This document shows positions 41,315 to 55,700 of a stretch of DNA of 64,000 nucleotides, piece by piece; position 1 is the first letter of the stretch, and each line of letters starts with the position of its first letter. Source of the stretch: Paraspadella gotoi (taxonomy: Eukaryota; Animalia; Chaetognatha). Position numbers and translations under genes: made by a program. Location of the stretch: contig CM119265.1 in the NCBI GenBank assembly GCA_051294375.1, positions 26,289,472 through 26,353,471 of the forward strand, written 5' to 3'. The notes beneath the pieces are model-generated. The model was given only the letters and a program-made list of their open reading frames with translations, was not told the DNA's origin and made no database searches.

Positions 41315-44300
41315 CATGGCTCATACTCAAAGCCTCGTATCAGCGCAGCGCCGGAGCAGCCGCGCGGCGCCGATCGCTTCTCCCTGACTTCGACTACTTC
41401 GCTCGCTCATCCTTACTCCTCTCCTCTTCCTTCTCCCTATCTCCCGGAATCCGCGCGCTGCAAAGTACGATCGATCGGAGCTGTAGCGGCGAACTTACTC
41501 TTTTCTCGCTCTCTTACCCCTCTTCAACCACCAGCTTGTTTCTCTCTGCCTCCGAGCGAATCATTCATGAGTTCCGCGATCCGGTATCTCTTTATAAAAA
41601 ATTTTGTTTTCTCTCTCAATTTAAAACGCAACAAAACGAAAGTCTTTTATAATAAATTATTATATAAAATTTTTATTCTATTTATATTTTTAAAAAATTC
41701 TATTATTGTGATTTTTTTGTTTTTATTACTTAACCTTTATTAGCCTTAATCCTAATTACTGAATATTATTTGCTTCAAATAATTCAATACTTAATAAAAA
41801 TTAAAAAAATCACTATAAATATAAATTTAAAAAAAAAAAATATAACAATAAAAAATTTAACCTTAAACTTACTTTTAACTATAACATAATCATACCTAAA
41901 TATAATATAATAACAAAATATCAAAATATTTAAAAAATATGAATCTGCATTCCTTTAATTTTCTTTCCCAAGAAATTATCCCTCCGTTCTCTTTTCCATT
42001 CCTTTTCTTTTTCCATTAATTATTAAGAAAAACCTTGCTCGTTCATTTCCCAACTCCAGAATGCCAAAATTATTTTTACATCACCAAAAACATTTAATTA
42101 TTAATCTTATTAAATTTTCATTTGCATACCTACATATCAAAATTTTTAAAAAAGCTATGCACAGCTTTTTGTCTGGGAAAAGTTAGTAGTTCCATTCTGT
42201 TTTGAAAGATGGTTTCGCCTCGTATTACCAGATGTTGAAACCAAGCTAAACAAAACCATACCAAAACAGTTAGTGTCTGGAATCTGCATTTTGTCAGCCA
42301 GTTTTCATTTTTAATCATTTTAAAATATTATTAACAAAAATTGTCAATTGATTTTCTTTTCTTCTCTAAGAAATAAATGAAAAAAAAAATTACAGAAAAA
42401 AAAATGAAAATCAAGAAATTCTAATGAAAAAAATAGTTTATACACAATAGTGAATAATAAAGGATTGTTTAATGCTGTTCCATAAAAATTAAATGTGTCG
42501 GCTCCCTTATTCTAAATGATTCTAAATCACACCATTAATTATAGAAATAGAATGTGTTCTTAGTTCATGAGGTGGTGTTGTTCTTTTGATCACCATAAAT
42601 GAAAACCAGAAAACGAAAGATAACAAAACACACAACTGAATATATTTTATTTTAAATATATTAAAAAAAGAAATTTTATAATAAGTTGAATATTTAGGAA
42701 AAAAAATGTATATTTTTAGTTTATATAATAAACATGAAGATTAGAAATAAAAAGTGAGATAATGACAAAATGTTACATTTTAGAGAGAAAAAAGATAGAA
42801 GAAATAAAGACGAAAAGCAAGAGAAAAATAAGAGAGAGAGGAACAGAAGAGAGAAGAGAGAGCAGAGAGAAATCCGGCCCGATCCGCTCGGATTTCGACC
42901 GCGAGGAAAAAGCCCACTCACCATCGAGAGAGAAAAAATATCCCTGATCCGACGGAAGAAACCCGGAAGGAAGAAGAGTCGTCGGCAGCCGGCTCGCCGC
43001 CGCTCCGCTACGGCTGCGTACCGGAGACTGAGATAGACTCAGAAAAAGAGAGAAGAGAGCAGAGACGAGAGAGAGGAGAGTGGAGAGAGAGAGAGAGAGA
43101 GAGAGAGACGAAGAAGAATAGTGAGAGAAGAGACAGAAGAGAGATATGAGAGAGATAGAATGAGAGATAGAGAGCATGGCTTATACTCAGAAGCCTCGAT
43201 ATCAGCGCAGCTGTCGAGCAGCCGCGCCGGCGGTCTCAGATCGGCTTCTCCCCTGCTCGGACCTTACTCGCTCGCTCATTCTACCTCCTCTTCCTCATTC
43301 CTTCTCCTATCTCCCGGATCGCCGCGGCAGGTCAAAGTCTATCCATCGAAGCTGCCACGGCGAACTTACTCTTTCTCTCTCTCTTACCCTCTCACGCCGA
43401 GCTCTTCTCTCTGCCTCCGAGCGCGTTCCGATATGGTTTCGCGCAGGATCCGGGACTTAAGTGTGCTTTTTGAATAATACAATAGTCATTATGTAAAAAA
43501 TAAGGAACAGAAAAAAGAAAAAACGAAAAATGAGAAAGAAAGAAAAAAGAATGAAAAAAAAAATATTAACAAAAATTGAAAACAATTAAAATAAACCAAT
43601 AAACAAAAAAAAAAATAAGGATAAGTATAAGAAATGGGGGAAAAAATTATGAGGAATATTTAACAGAAAATAAATAAACGACTGGTGAAAAAATTTTTTA
43701 ATATTAAATTTGAGTAAAATATTAATATCTAAAAAATATAAGACATCTAATAATAATGATTAAATATGCTGAAAACAATTAAAATATGATATAATATAAA
43801 AATGATCCAAATAAAGAGATGATATATATTTAATTTGCATTTGTTCCAGCGTATGAAGTAAATGAGTAGCAAAAATTTAAAATCAGTAGAAACAAAATTC
43901 GATGCTTGCACTTGAATATTTTAAATAAAAAATTGTTTTTTAATTTTCAATTTTTAAAATAAATAGTTGAAAAAAAATATACTGATACAGTAAATTGCTA
44001 AATAATTGCTAAAGATAGAAAATAAGAGTGAGGTACGGCCAAGAGCAAGAGAAGCAGAGAGATGAGAGAAGAGAGAGAGAGAGACCCGGCCCCATCCGCT
44101 CGGACTTCGACCGGAAAAGCCCCGAACTCACCATCGGAGACAGAGAAAATCTCCCCGATCCGACCGGAAGAAGCCCGGAAGAGAAGTGAGTCGGTCGCAG
44201 CCGCGCCGCCGCTCTCCGGTGACGGCTGCGTCCGGAGAGCTGAGTATATGACTTCAGTGAAGAGAGAGAGAAAGAGAGAGATTAGAGATGAAATGAGAGA

Positions 44301-44527
44301 AAGAAAGAGAAAAGATAGTTGGAAGAGAAGAGAGAGGAGTCATATACTCCAGCCTCTCCCGGATGCAGCGTCCACCCGAGCAGCGGCCCGGCTTGCCTGA
44401 CCGACTCCCACTTCTCCTTCCGGGCTTCTTCCGCTCGGATTCAGGAAGGATTTTCTCTCTCTCAAATGTGAAGTTCGGGCTTCTTCCGGTCAAGTCCGAC
44501 CGACGGCCCCGGATTCTCTCTCTCTCT

Positions 44528-44560
<33 letters not shown>

Positions 44561-47249
44561 TCTCTCTCCACCAAACACGTTCAACAAGTTCAAAGTCTCA
44601 CCATTTTTGAGGAAACAATTTAGCGCTTTCATTTAGCGCTAGCAGAACTAATTATCATACTCACTAGATAAGCAAAACAAAACTGGGCCTCGCTGTGTAA
44701 ATCACTTACAATCAATTTGGGATTTTATGCTACAAATGGTGAATACCTTTCCTTTTAAAAAATTTTACATTTGGCTTTTAGTCAGTTTGTTGCTTCAAAT
44801 TAAAGCCAAATACAATTAAAAACAGTTTATTAAAAAAAGAAATTTGATGAAGCTTTTGGACATTCTGAAAGTTTATAGTTAAATTCCTAATTTCTTGGAA
44901 AAACTTTAGCGCTTGACTCTAAACCACAAGAAAATGTTTGTTCAAAATCCTGCGACCCTTAGGGGACCAAGTAACAGGGGTAAAAACTAAAACATAACGT
45001 TTACCCTTTAACTTAAGCGGTTCTGATCATATAATTTTTTCTTTTATAATTCATTTTGCGAAAGTAGTTAAAAAAAATTCGATAAAATCAGCGAGCTTAA
45101 TTTTCTTTAAAAAATTGTTAAGAACAAATCTTTTCAAGTTAAAATTTTTTTTTCAAAAAAAAAAAGGGGTTTTTTTAAAAAAGATCTAATTTTAAAAGAT
45201 TTTCAGCTTTTTTTCAACAAAAATTTTTATAAGAAAAAAAAATGTGAATGAAGCAAAATTTAAGGTATCGACTTGATTTTATTTAAACTTTCTTTCAAAT
45301 ATTCTGTTAATGCATGAAAATAAAACTCTTTGAAGTTAAATATAAAATATAAAAGAAAAAAATCTGTACTTTTGCGCTAAATTTTTAATGTTATAATAGG
45401 AATCAATTAATTAGTTAATATAACATTTAAGCGGATGAATATGAATATTAATTAATTAATTATTACAGTTTTGTTTCTGAAGAATAGAATTTAGGTTGAT
45501 CTTGTCTGCTTTTAAGTAAATATAAAAATATAAAAATATTAGTTGTAAAGCTTGTCAATGAAGCTTAAACCTAAAATTATAGCTTTGTACAGTAAAAATA
45601 AAAAAATTGGGAATTAGTAAAAATACTTTCTAATGCAAAAAATAAAATAATGTATTATAATAACCTATTTAGTAGGGTCAACTAAATTTTTTTGTTTTCA
45701 TAATTATTAAATTTTTGTTTCCGCTACAATAAGGAGATAAGAATTTTTTTGCCACTTCCCTACAAAGAAAAATTAATACTATCACCATTCAAATTCCTTG
45801 CATGAGTAACCCTTAAGCTTAATTGATATCATTTTTTATCACTGGGTCCCCTTATAGTTTTACTTCAATATTCAAGATCTTTCCTTTTATTGTCTTCACG
45901 CCGCGGAGCAACGAACGTTCGTTTTGTACCAGGACGAAATGATCAACTTAAGTTTCCAAGAGAAAAGTCGCGAAAAATAATGATCTTATGAACACGAAAT
46001 TATTCCAAATACCAGAGGTTTCTCTTCGAGCGAAAACATTTGTAGATTTCAAGCGAAAACTAACTACGATGGAAAACTCTCTAAAATGCAGCGGGAGACG
46101 ATCTGCCCTGCGAAAAATTGACCATAAAAATAATTGCAAGATATCTTTAACCAATAAGAATAAATTTATTCACTTATTTACCCTTGCACCAGCATAGAAA
46201 ATAAAAACCTTCTTTACATAGCAATGACAATCACAAATACTATTGGCAGTTGATTTATCGGAATTTAGAAAAAAAAAACTAACTTTTATCCAATATTTGC
46301 TAAAATATTATAACAGATGATAAAAATTTAGCTCTAAGACAAAAGTGGCTGGACTACATTAAATTAAATCATCTGCTCATTTTCTTAATCAATAATCAAT
46401 ATCATTTTGCTACTTTAATAGAGTAGAGTGGTAGGGAAAAAAAGTAGAGAAGAAAGAAAGGATGACACAGAAAAATATCGAGGGTAGAAACTTGGAGAAA
46501 GGGAGGAAAAATCAGAGAAGAAAGAGAGAAAAAGAAGAGTTCGAAAATAAAAAAAGTTTCGAGAAAGTGAAGAAAATAAGAAAAGGAAGTGAAAAACAAA
46601 AGAAAAAAATTTATATAATATACTGCCATTTTTTGCCAAAGCAGTATTATATCTTAAAATACGCAACAGATCTTACGACAATTTTGATCTCTAAAAGTTG
46701 CTCTTCCATGAAAAAAATATTTTTATTTTCATTCTTAATTAAGGTCGGGATACCGTAATAAGAATGATTTCATAAAGAAATCATTGTCTTACCTATTTGA
46801 AAACATAAAATTCAAACCCAGTGAATCTATTTATGAGAGAAGATTAAGATATATATAAATAAAGAGTGTTTCATATTTATCAGAGGGAAAAAAAATAATA
46901 GTTATTTAAGTTCCAATTCATTGTTGAAAATACCCGTATAAAAACACTGCCTATTCTCAAATAACAATTCTTGAAGAAAAAGACTCCCGGATCCGCGCAA
47001 CCATGATCGATCCGCTCGATGCAGAGAGAAAAAGACCGGCGTGACTAGGTAAGAGAGAGAGAAAGAGTAAGTTTGCCGCTGCAGCTCCGATCGATCACTC
47101 TATGCCGTCGCCGGATCCGGAGACAGGAAAGGAGAGGAAAGTAGTAAAGAAGAGCCGATCAAAGTAAGTCGAAGGCGGGGAGAGCGCGAGTTCGCCCAGC
47201 CGGTTGCTCCGGAGCTGCGCTATACGACGGCTTCTGCAAGTATACCATG
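41315..47249. repeat. Array of six GC-rich 160-280-bp units (types A and B) in alternating orientation, separated by (GA)n or AT-rich spacers
   Basis: A at 41315-41587(+), 43175-43457(+), 46983-47249(-); B at 42875-43031, 44085-44253 and its inverse at 44339-44512. Confidence 0.7.
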
Positions 47250-47423
47250 AAGAGAAGAGAGAAGAAAGAGACGGAGAAGGAGAGAGATAGAGAGGAAGAG
47301 AGGAAAGATGAGTGAGTTACTAATTCCACTTTTTAACGACCGACCACCGATCATTAAAACCTTTGTGAGTTTTCTCCCTCATATTTATTATGAATATANN
47401 NNNNNNNNNNNNNNNNNNNNNNN

Positions 47424-47437
47424 ACCCGTCGCCGCGG
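47424..47437 (+). CDS. CLCN6: 3' end of the CLCN6 EPVAAG exon with donor site
   Basis: a ccc gtc gcc gcg g|gtgtgt immediately after a 25-N gap; joins GA TCT GGC at 51674 to give PVAAGSGIP. Confidence 0.8.
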
Positions 47438-47445
47438 GTGTGTTT

Positions 47446-47567
<122 letters not shown>

Positions 47568-47599
47568 GAGAGAGAGAGAAAGCGAGAGAGCGAGAGAGA

Positions 47600-49847
47600 G
47601 AGGCGCCAACCTAAGCCCGCAGGAGCGTAGCGACTTAGGTTTAAGTCTGCCTGCGAATGAAGGCTGATCTGCGTTTTATTTCCTTGAACTTTGACAGCTG
47701 TGATTTTGAGAAAGAAAAAAAAAAGGTTACTTCTCATTTTATAAATAAAGACGTAACTTTTTATATTACTAGTGAAAAATACTGTGAGAGTTGTTAGAGT
47801 GAGAAAATATTAAGAAACGTCAAACAACTCGTTGGCAAACCTTGAGGAGAGACGCCCACTGGCGAAGACGATATGAGATCGGAGAAGAGAGAGAGAGACG
47901 GAGAGAGAGGAGAGAGAGAGACGAGACGAGAGAGGAGCGAGAGAGAGAGATGAGAGAGAGAGAGAAGAGAGAATGAGAAAAAAGTTTATAGGAAAAGCTT
48001 AAGAAAGTGAGAAGGATGAAGGAGGAAAGAAGATTTATGAAGGCCTTGAGATTGTGTGCACTAGTTAATGTGAATAGCGAAAAAAAAATGTGAAAGTTAC
48101 ACGACTTGAAGAAATAAGTAGCTATTAAATTATCAGTAAAAAAGAAAAAAAAGAAAAAGAGTTGAAAAAATCGTGGCAGAGGCTAAAGTTTATATCGACC
48201 AGAAGGAGAAGAGAAAGGTTGAACGAATTTGAAGAAATCGTGGGTGGCGGCAGAGGGCGTGGAGACGGTTGGGCGGATGTAGCGCGGCCAGTCACGCCGC
48301 GGCGACGCGGCGTTGAGTGGGCAGGCGAATTGCCATTTCGCGCCTTATTTTCCCAAAAGCCGCCGCATATCCCTTAACATTATGAATTAAGGTTAGGGAT
48401 TGGGATTAGGAATTAGTTTAAGTTTGATTCGGTTAAGACGGTTTAAGTGTTGGGGATTAGGGCCTAAAGTATTAAGTTCGGTTAGAAGTAGGCGTTGGGG
48501 GATTATGGTTAGTTATTGGTTTTAGGTTTTGGTAATAGACTATAGCTTATAAGCGGGAAACAGGTTTAAAAGACCTAAATGATTGTTAATATTATTTAAA
48601 GATCATGAAAATAAAAAAAAAGATTTATCTTATAGTTAAACGCCTATGGTATGCTATTTTATATATATCCAAATACTATATAATGCTCAAAGTTTTTTTG
48701 TAAATTTAAGTTTGGGCTTAACGGAACCGAAATGGGGTGCTTTTTAAAAAGAGCCGACTTTCTCACGGCTCTCCTTTTTTTTTAGTTCTTATCTCATTTT
48801 TTTTACTTTTTACAAATTGTAGCGTCTGTTTTTGTATCATTCTTTAAAAAAAAAAACTCTTGTCTCATTTTTCGTTTTCGTTTACTTTTCTGAGGCTACT
48901 TCGGTCAGTCTTTTGCTCCCTATCTCACAAAGGACAATTATGTTCCGTGTAAACAAATACAAAAGAAACTATACACTTGCAAAGGAGACTGCAGATCAAA
49001 AGAGAGACAGTCTTTCCCAGCAGCTTTCTTTCTTTCCTTCGAGTTGGTAAAAAAAAACTGTTCTGAAAGAAAAGAAAAATACGTTAACTCAGCAAGTTTA
49101 AACAAGTTGTCAACAAATTGTTTTCTTTTGAAGAGAAAACAAAAGTTTAAACATTAAATTTATCGATAGAAAGCAATACAAAACTTTACATCATGACGTT
49201 TACGGTCTATTAAATGGAATTTAACAATAATATTCTGCAATTATCCAGGTTTCTCTTACTTATAACTTAATAGCTTGAAAAACTCTCTCTCATCTCTACT
49301 CTCTCTCTCTCTCCTCTCTCTCTCTCTCGTTCCTCTCCTCTCTCTCTCAAGTTTAAGTACTTTCCACCCTCGCCTACTCTCTCTCCTTACCCTATTTTTT
49401 ACTTTACACTTATCCTCACTCTTCTTCTCCTCTCAATCAAACTTTTGGTTTAGATTCAGATAAATATTTTTTTCTTTCAAACGCGCGACCGGCGCGACGG
49501 AGATCTCCTTTTTTTTGGCCGCCAGAACCGCGAGTAAAGAAAAATGCGTAAAAAAAAAAAAAGGGAAAACGACTTACGATTCCCATGGAAACTGTAAACA
49601 AAAACAGTTGTCCCAACTCGACTGAGCGAATCGAGGAAGAAACACCAATCGTATAACAAACTTTTTTCTTTGATGAATTTCGCGCCGAAAGAGAAAATTA
49701 CAATTCGAGAATATAATTCAAAATTTCTGACTTTCCCTATTCAAATGTTTTCGCATAAACAGAACAAAATATGTTACCCCACTTCTGCGTGCCAATAGAA
49801 AAGATAGGCTTTTTGCAGTTATTTATATTATTTTTATTATTATTATC

Positions 49848-49908
<61 letters not shown>

Positions 49909-51250
49909 GATGTATTATTATATATTATGAATTATTCATAATTATTATTATCTATTATTATTAGTATTATTATTATAATTATTATTATTATTATTATATT
50001 ATTTTTTATTAATTATAATTATTATTATATATATTAATTATTATTATTATTATTATTACTATTATTATTATTATTATTATATTAATTAATGACTGCCACA
50101 TGGCTTCTCATTTTCCTTTATCTGTTCCTTGGATCAATATAAAAATGATTTTGATTGTATCCCATTCATTGCTTCTAATTGCCCCCCCCTTTTTTTTCTG
50201 CCTTTATTTTTTGCCTATTTTTATTACTGTTTAATGATCTTTAGCCTGCTTTAACAAAAAAAAATAGCTTTAAAATTGTCATCGTGAATACATTAGCTCG
50301 CGACGATGAACCAACGCGTCGATACCAGCACTCTTTTTATTTCTATTTGACAAATCCAGGCTACAAATTCCAGGCATTCTCGGAGGGAAAAAGACTCATT
50401 AATCAGTATTAACTTGCAGCTCTTAACAACTTATCCTTGAACAACTTTATGTCTCTATTTCAAATTTTGAACACGCAATTATGAACGTAATTCCTTGTAA
50501 ATGGGACAAAGCGGAGACGGTATGATTCAACGAAAAAATAAGGAATGAATTCGGAGGCGCCAAAATTTTGAAAATTCCGCTCGCTTAAACTTTTTTACGA
50601 TGGAAAGGTGATCATAAAAGTTGGTTAGTTTACAATCTCCCGTCTGGTTTTGAATTTGCTAAGGTATTAGCGAAGAATAACGGTGCAGTTTGAAGCATGA
50701 AGAAAGAGGAAATAGAGCAAAAACGCGGGAAATGCCAATGCAGGAAAGGTAAAAAATGGGAGGCACAAGGTCGTAAACTTACTTCAAAATCGGGAGAAAA
50801 AAAGAATAATACATTGGTGCCTGATTTTAAGGTAATGAACAAATTCGAGGAACATATATATTTCAAATTTCAATATAAAAAATATTTTACTTTGCGTTAA
50901 AAAGATAAATTCTCTGGCTATTAAAACAATTATCCAAGGGTTCTCTAAATTTTTAATGTTTCACCGTGCGAATTAAACCCGAGAGAAACTGAAGTATTTT
51001 GACTGAATCGTGTCTTAATCAAGGAATTAACAATATTGCACTAGTTCTTTACCTTTTTGAATTTTACATATTTTAAAAAAAAAATCATTCTTGATTTGTT
51101 GAACAATTCGTTTTATTCACTCGCAGTATTTAAAGTTCAAAACTTCAAAGAGCATAAGTGATAAAACACCCTCCGGAGGACCTGGTCTTCACTAGGTTTC
51201 ACAGCGTTTCAGCGAGATTTCACCAGCTGTGAACGAATGACGAAAGGGGA
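47600..51250 (-). mobile_element. ~3.6-kb non-coding dispersed repeat (variant 1) within a CLCN6 intron
   Basis: Homologous end to end with 16170-19750 but with different flanks. Confidence 0.7.
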
Positions 51251-51673
51251 AATGAAATAAACTCTCTCTTTTATCCGCTTTTCATCTTTTTTTTTTTTTT
51301 TGTCCCTCATGTATATCGCTTTCTCCACCTCTTCCTCCCCCTCTTCCTCCTTCCTCTTCATCCCCCTTCTTCCTCCCCTCCACTCTTCCTCCCTCCCCCC
51401 TCTTTCCTCCCCCTACCTCCCTCCCCTCTTCCTTCCCCCTCTTACGCCCCCCGAGATTCTTTCTGTCGAGTCTACGAAACAGATTCCACGCACCGATCGC
51501 TATTCGAGCGGATAAGATCCTGGCCGACAGGCTATGCGATAAGATCGCCTAGTGTAGCCTAAAATGCAATCAGTCATGCAGCCTTGCGTTGGGCACAACA
51601 ACCCATTGACTTTAAACCCACTTTGATGCTTCTCGTACATATCTCTCTCGGCTATTCTGTTATCCCGCGGCAG

Positions 51674-51804
51674 GATCTGGCATTCCCGAGATCAAGTGTT
51701 ACCTCAACGGAGTTAAAGTTCCACGCGTAGTCCGACTCAAAACTCTGGTGTGCAAAGCCTGTGGGGTTCTCTTCTCTGTGGCGGGTGGACTTTTCTGCGG
51801 CAAG
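51674..51804 (+). CDS. CLCN6: CLCN6 exon with GSGIPE selectivity motif through GK
   Basis: gcggcag|(G)[43 protein letters not shown]|gtcggt; missed by the ORF track. Confidence 0.95.
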
Positions 51805-52206
51805 GTCGGTGGAACACCAAAGAACCCCTTTGTATGGAAAATTTTTTGTATTCTTGCGAGGTCAAACGTTTGCGATCTCGGCCCTTCCAAGTTATGTTTT
51901 AATCATGAGAGGTAAAATAAGTAAATGTCGAGAGATGTGGATAAATTCTAAAAAAAAATGTTTATATTCGAGGAGAAAAAATAAATTAGTACTTATACGT
52001 CTATCTGAGGAATCAGTGAACAATAAGGCTCCTAACGGCCAGCGCGAATTCTAAAGTTTTTTTTTTATTTGTAATTTAATTTCAATTTCATTAATTTCCA
52101 ATCAAATTCCGCTTTCGAAAGAGTCATTTCCTCCCCCTCTCCTCGACCCCCCCACTCCCCCACCCTTCTACCCCTCCACCCTTCAACCCCCACTCCAAAT
52201 TTCCAG

Positions 52207-52533
52207 GAAGGCCCCATGATTCATTCTGGCGCGGTCATCGGTTGCGGAATGCCCCAATTCCAATCCGTCACATTTCGCGCCATCGATTTCAACTTTCCAT
52301 TTTTTCGAACGGATCGAGACAAGAGAGACTTCGTTTCGGGCGGCGCCGCGGCCGGCGTCGCCGCCGCTTTCGGCGCCCCCGTCGGCGGCGTCCTTTTCTC
52401 CCTGGAAGAGGGAAGCTCGTTCTGGAATCAGGCGCTCACCTGGCGGACTTTCTTCTGCGCTATGAGCGCCACCTTCACGTTGAACTTTTTTCTCTCCGGG
52501 ATCGAAGGCGGGGTTTGGGGGGCGTTCAATCAG
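52207..52533 (+). CDS. CLCN6: CLCN6 exon with gating glutamate (GK-EGP) and proton glutamate (LEE)
   Basis: ttccag|[109 protein letters not shown]|gtacgg. PQFQS...[17 protein letters not shown] and SATFTLNFF are ClC-6-type rather than ClC-7-type. Confidence 0.97.
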
Positions 52534-52757
52534 GTACGGTGATAAGTCATTGAATCAATCAATCAATAACTCAATCAATCAATCAATCAAGTTAATAAAA
52601 CAATCAATCAACAATCAATCAATCAATCCATTCAACGGGTGTAGGACTCAATCTAGATTGGAAAGGACATAATTCATTTACGAGCACGCATGATCCCCAT
52701 TCTCTATGGGCCCTAATTTAATTAAAGTAATCAGATGGGAAGGCCTTATTAACTATC

Positions 52758-55700
52758 TGTTGACTTTTAAGTCAAATAACAGGTTAATAATAAGTGCAAA
52801 GTATTTGTTTGACAAGTTTATTAACGGACGGACAATAATAGGGTGATTGACATAGTAACCGATTTGAACACGATGACAAAGTTAAGAACCAAAGGTGATG
52901 ACCAATATTAAACAGTTCAAATAATTAATTTGAAGAAGTGTTTCTTTCTTGGATTTGGGGTGTAGAGTGAATGCTTAGATTTCTCTTAAGCAATTTGACC
53001 ATCAATCCCTCGTCGTTCCTCTGTCGGTCATTGCATTCTAAGTTGAAGTAAGGTCTTGATTGTCGCATTCTGATGATTCTAAAACGAGCAATCACATTCA
53101 CTAGGCCAAACCAAGTCCTTTATAGTCCATTCCGTTGATGTCACCCCCTCCTAGTCACACGGCGGTGGTTTTAAAACACCAAACAGTCTTTTAGGTGTAC
53201 ATCTGCACACTCCAGTATGGGGGTGTAGAGGCTGACAATCCTTGTTATAAAAGCTCTTGTCATTCAAGTGTAAACCGGAATGTTGATGGTGATGCCGTCT
53301 TGGTTTGAAAAATGATAATCGGATGTTTCTTGAAAAAGTGCGTTCAATTTTCAGTTCCATTAGTTTGGAAGTTCTTTGCGGAAAGCTGTGGTTCATTTGG
53401 TCTTGAGTGTAGCACAACTGGTTTGAAAAAAAGCATGAGCGGATATGCAGTTGACTGAGTAAGGTCTAGGGTTTGCTTAGTAATACTGAGGTGATAAAAA
53501 ATTTTTTGTCAAAATGAGCAAAATCGGAGGGCCAGGCATTGACTTTTCTTCTAAAGTTTATTGGGAATTAATATTATTGAAAAACTTGTGAAGCATTGAT
53601 TATTTCAGAGGCGGACACATTTAGGATTAGATTGCAATCAAGTGTTTCCTTAAATTGTTGATTCACCATTTGTTTTTTGTTTTCGATAATTCATTCCACT
53701 AACCCTGCTAGTACTACTTGTATTTATGCATTCTTGGCCTGGCAGATTCTTTGTTCTTTTCTTTTTGGCGTTGCACCTGTAAGTTATGATGAAAAGAAAG
53801 AAGTGCTCCAGTGGTATCATAAGACTTTAAACTAAGGTGTTGAAGTCTTTGGAAGTTTATTCCATTCCTCTGTGGGATTGCTCTGTTTGCGATGCTGGAA
53901 ATCTAGACATTGTGTGGTATTAATTTCAAGCTTCAGTTTGGGAGCAGAATTAGACTATTACAGTGTGTGTTTTGTCAGCATTATCTAAGAGTCCAAAGTT
54001 TGTGTTTCTGCATCATGTCTTGACTTACAGTTGTTAAATGTTAGTACCAACCTCCGTATGAATCTCTACTTGTTTTTCTGAGCCCGATCATCTTCTTGCT
54101 CATTTTTATTTCACTCTCTTCTAATTCTCGCGATGTTTTTCGATTGCCAATTTTCCTTATTTATCCTCTTGCTTGCTCCTTTCTTCTTTCCAGGAAGGGA
54201 AGTAAATCATTTGATTTGCCTTTTAATCCAGTCCCTTCCACTCATTGATTTCTTAGTCATGTTGATGTCACGGCCACCTCAGGGTCTTACAATTGGCAAG
54301 CCTTAACCATAATTTTGCAATATGAGGCAACAATTTCTTTTTTCTTGAGCAACAGAAAGATGGACTCTCTGATTTTAGACTATCTACTTATCTTCAAGAA
54401 ATTTGAGATATTCTTTTTCTGCGTTTCAGTTTTTTTGATTTCAGCCAAGCTTTCTGGGCAGTTATATATCCATCTTTTACAAGAAAAAGAAAATTCATCG
54501 TTTACATCACTGTATGCTCGTTTTCTTAATCTCATAAAAAATGTTTGAAATCTCCAATTTCTTCTTGACGAATGTCCACCAGCACTGTTGAAGGTGATTG
54601 AACTTTCTTCCATTAATTCCTCAGTTAGACGAATTCACGCCGCCTCATCAGTTCGTATTTATTTTGTATTTTCTTTCAAATTCATCCATTCTTTTCTTTC
54701 TCAATCCGAATTTGTAATTCTTTATTTCTTTCTCGTTGCAGTTTCTTGCTTTCTTTTTTAATTGTTCCTCTTTTCTCTTCCTGCAATAGCTCTGCCCTGT
54801 TCTTCGAAATTTATCTGACTTGCATGAAGCAAAGGTATCTTATGAATCGTAAAAGTAAAAAACAGCTTGAAATTTTCTCTTGAAACCCAATCAATCTTCC
54901 CAGTCTTTACCACTGATTAACCAGTGTTAATTGCAGGACAAGATCATAGGAAGTTCCTGGGCTCGAATTGCGAGTCTGCCTCATTGTTCAATTTGTTTCA
55001 AACCAACTTTGCCTATTTCCCTGTATGGCCCACAAGTTGCAGGTTGTCTGAATAATCTTTGTTAGAGAGTTCGCCACTTCTTGCAATTATTTCATTCTCA
55101 TGCAGATGTTTGGGATGAGTAATGTGGTGATTAAAATAAGCTTAGAAAGCGAAGTTCAAAGTTGTTCTGAAATCTTACATCCTTGTCATTTTGACAATGT
55201 GTTCTTTTCTCCGGCGTTTCTTTGCAAACCTATTTTCATGAGGTTTGTCGAGATGTTCTTTTTATTTTATTTTTTATGGATGTTTCGTTGCGATTTCAGG
55301 GAGAGAGGAGCGAGAGAGAGACGATCGATGATCTTTTTCGATTTTCTCTAAATTCTTCCAAGAGCGATGGACTGGGCAGCTGAGGATTTTCGAGCGGGAA
55401 GAGAACGTTCGATTCGATTTCTTTTGTTTGAGGATGCTGGTCACATGACGGATAAGGCGTAGTAACAATTTCTAAATTAAATTAATTAAATTCTAAAAGT
55501 AGGATACGAACAACAATATTACTAATGACAATTTATGCTATAAAAAAAAATTATAATTAAATTATTAGAATTTACGCAGAGCCATATTATACTAGTACAA
55601 ATCCAATAAATGTAAAATTTCAAAACAGTTTTTCTAAGATTTTTTGCAATTTGATTCGTCATAAAAAGTTGAAAAAAGAAATATTAACTCTTTTTAAAAA

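Noticed and set aside
53068-53095. Hammerhead ribozyme (ctgatga) suggesting a Penelope-type pLTR
   Set aside because: No stem II/GAAA core follows, and the motif is not conserved in the second repeat; the PPT and TG..CA ends favour a true LTR.
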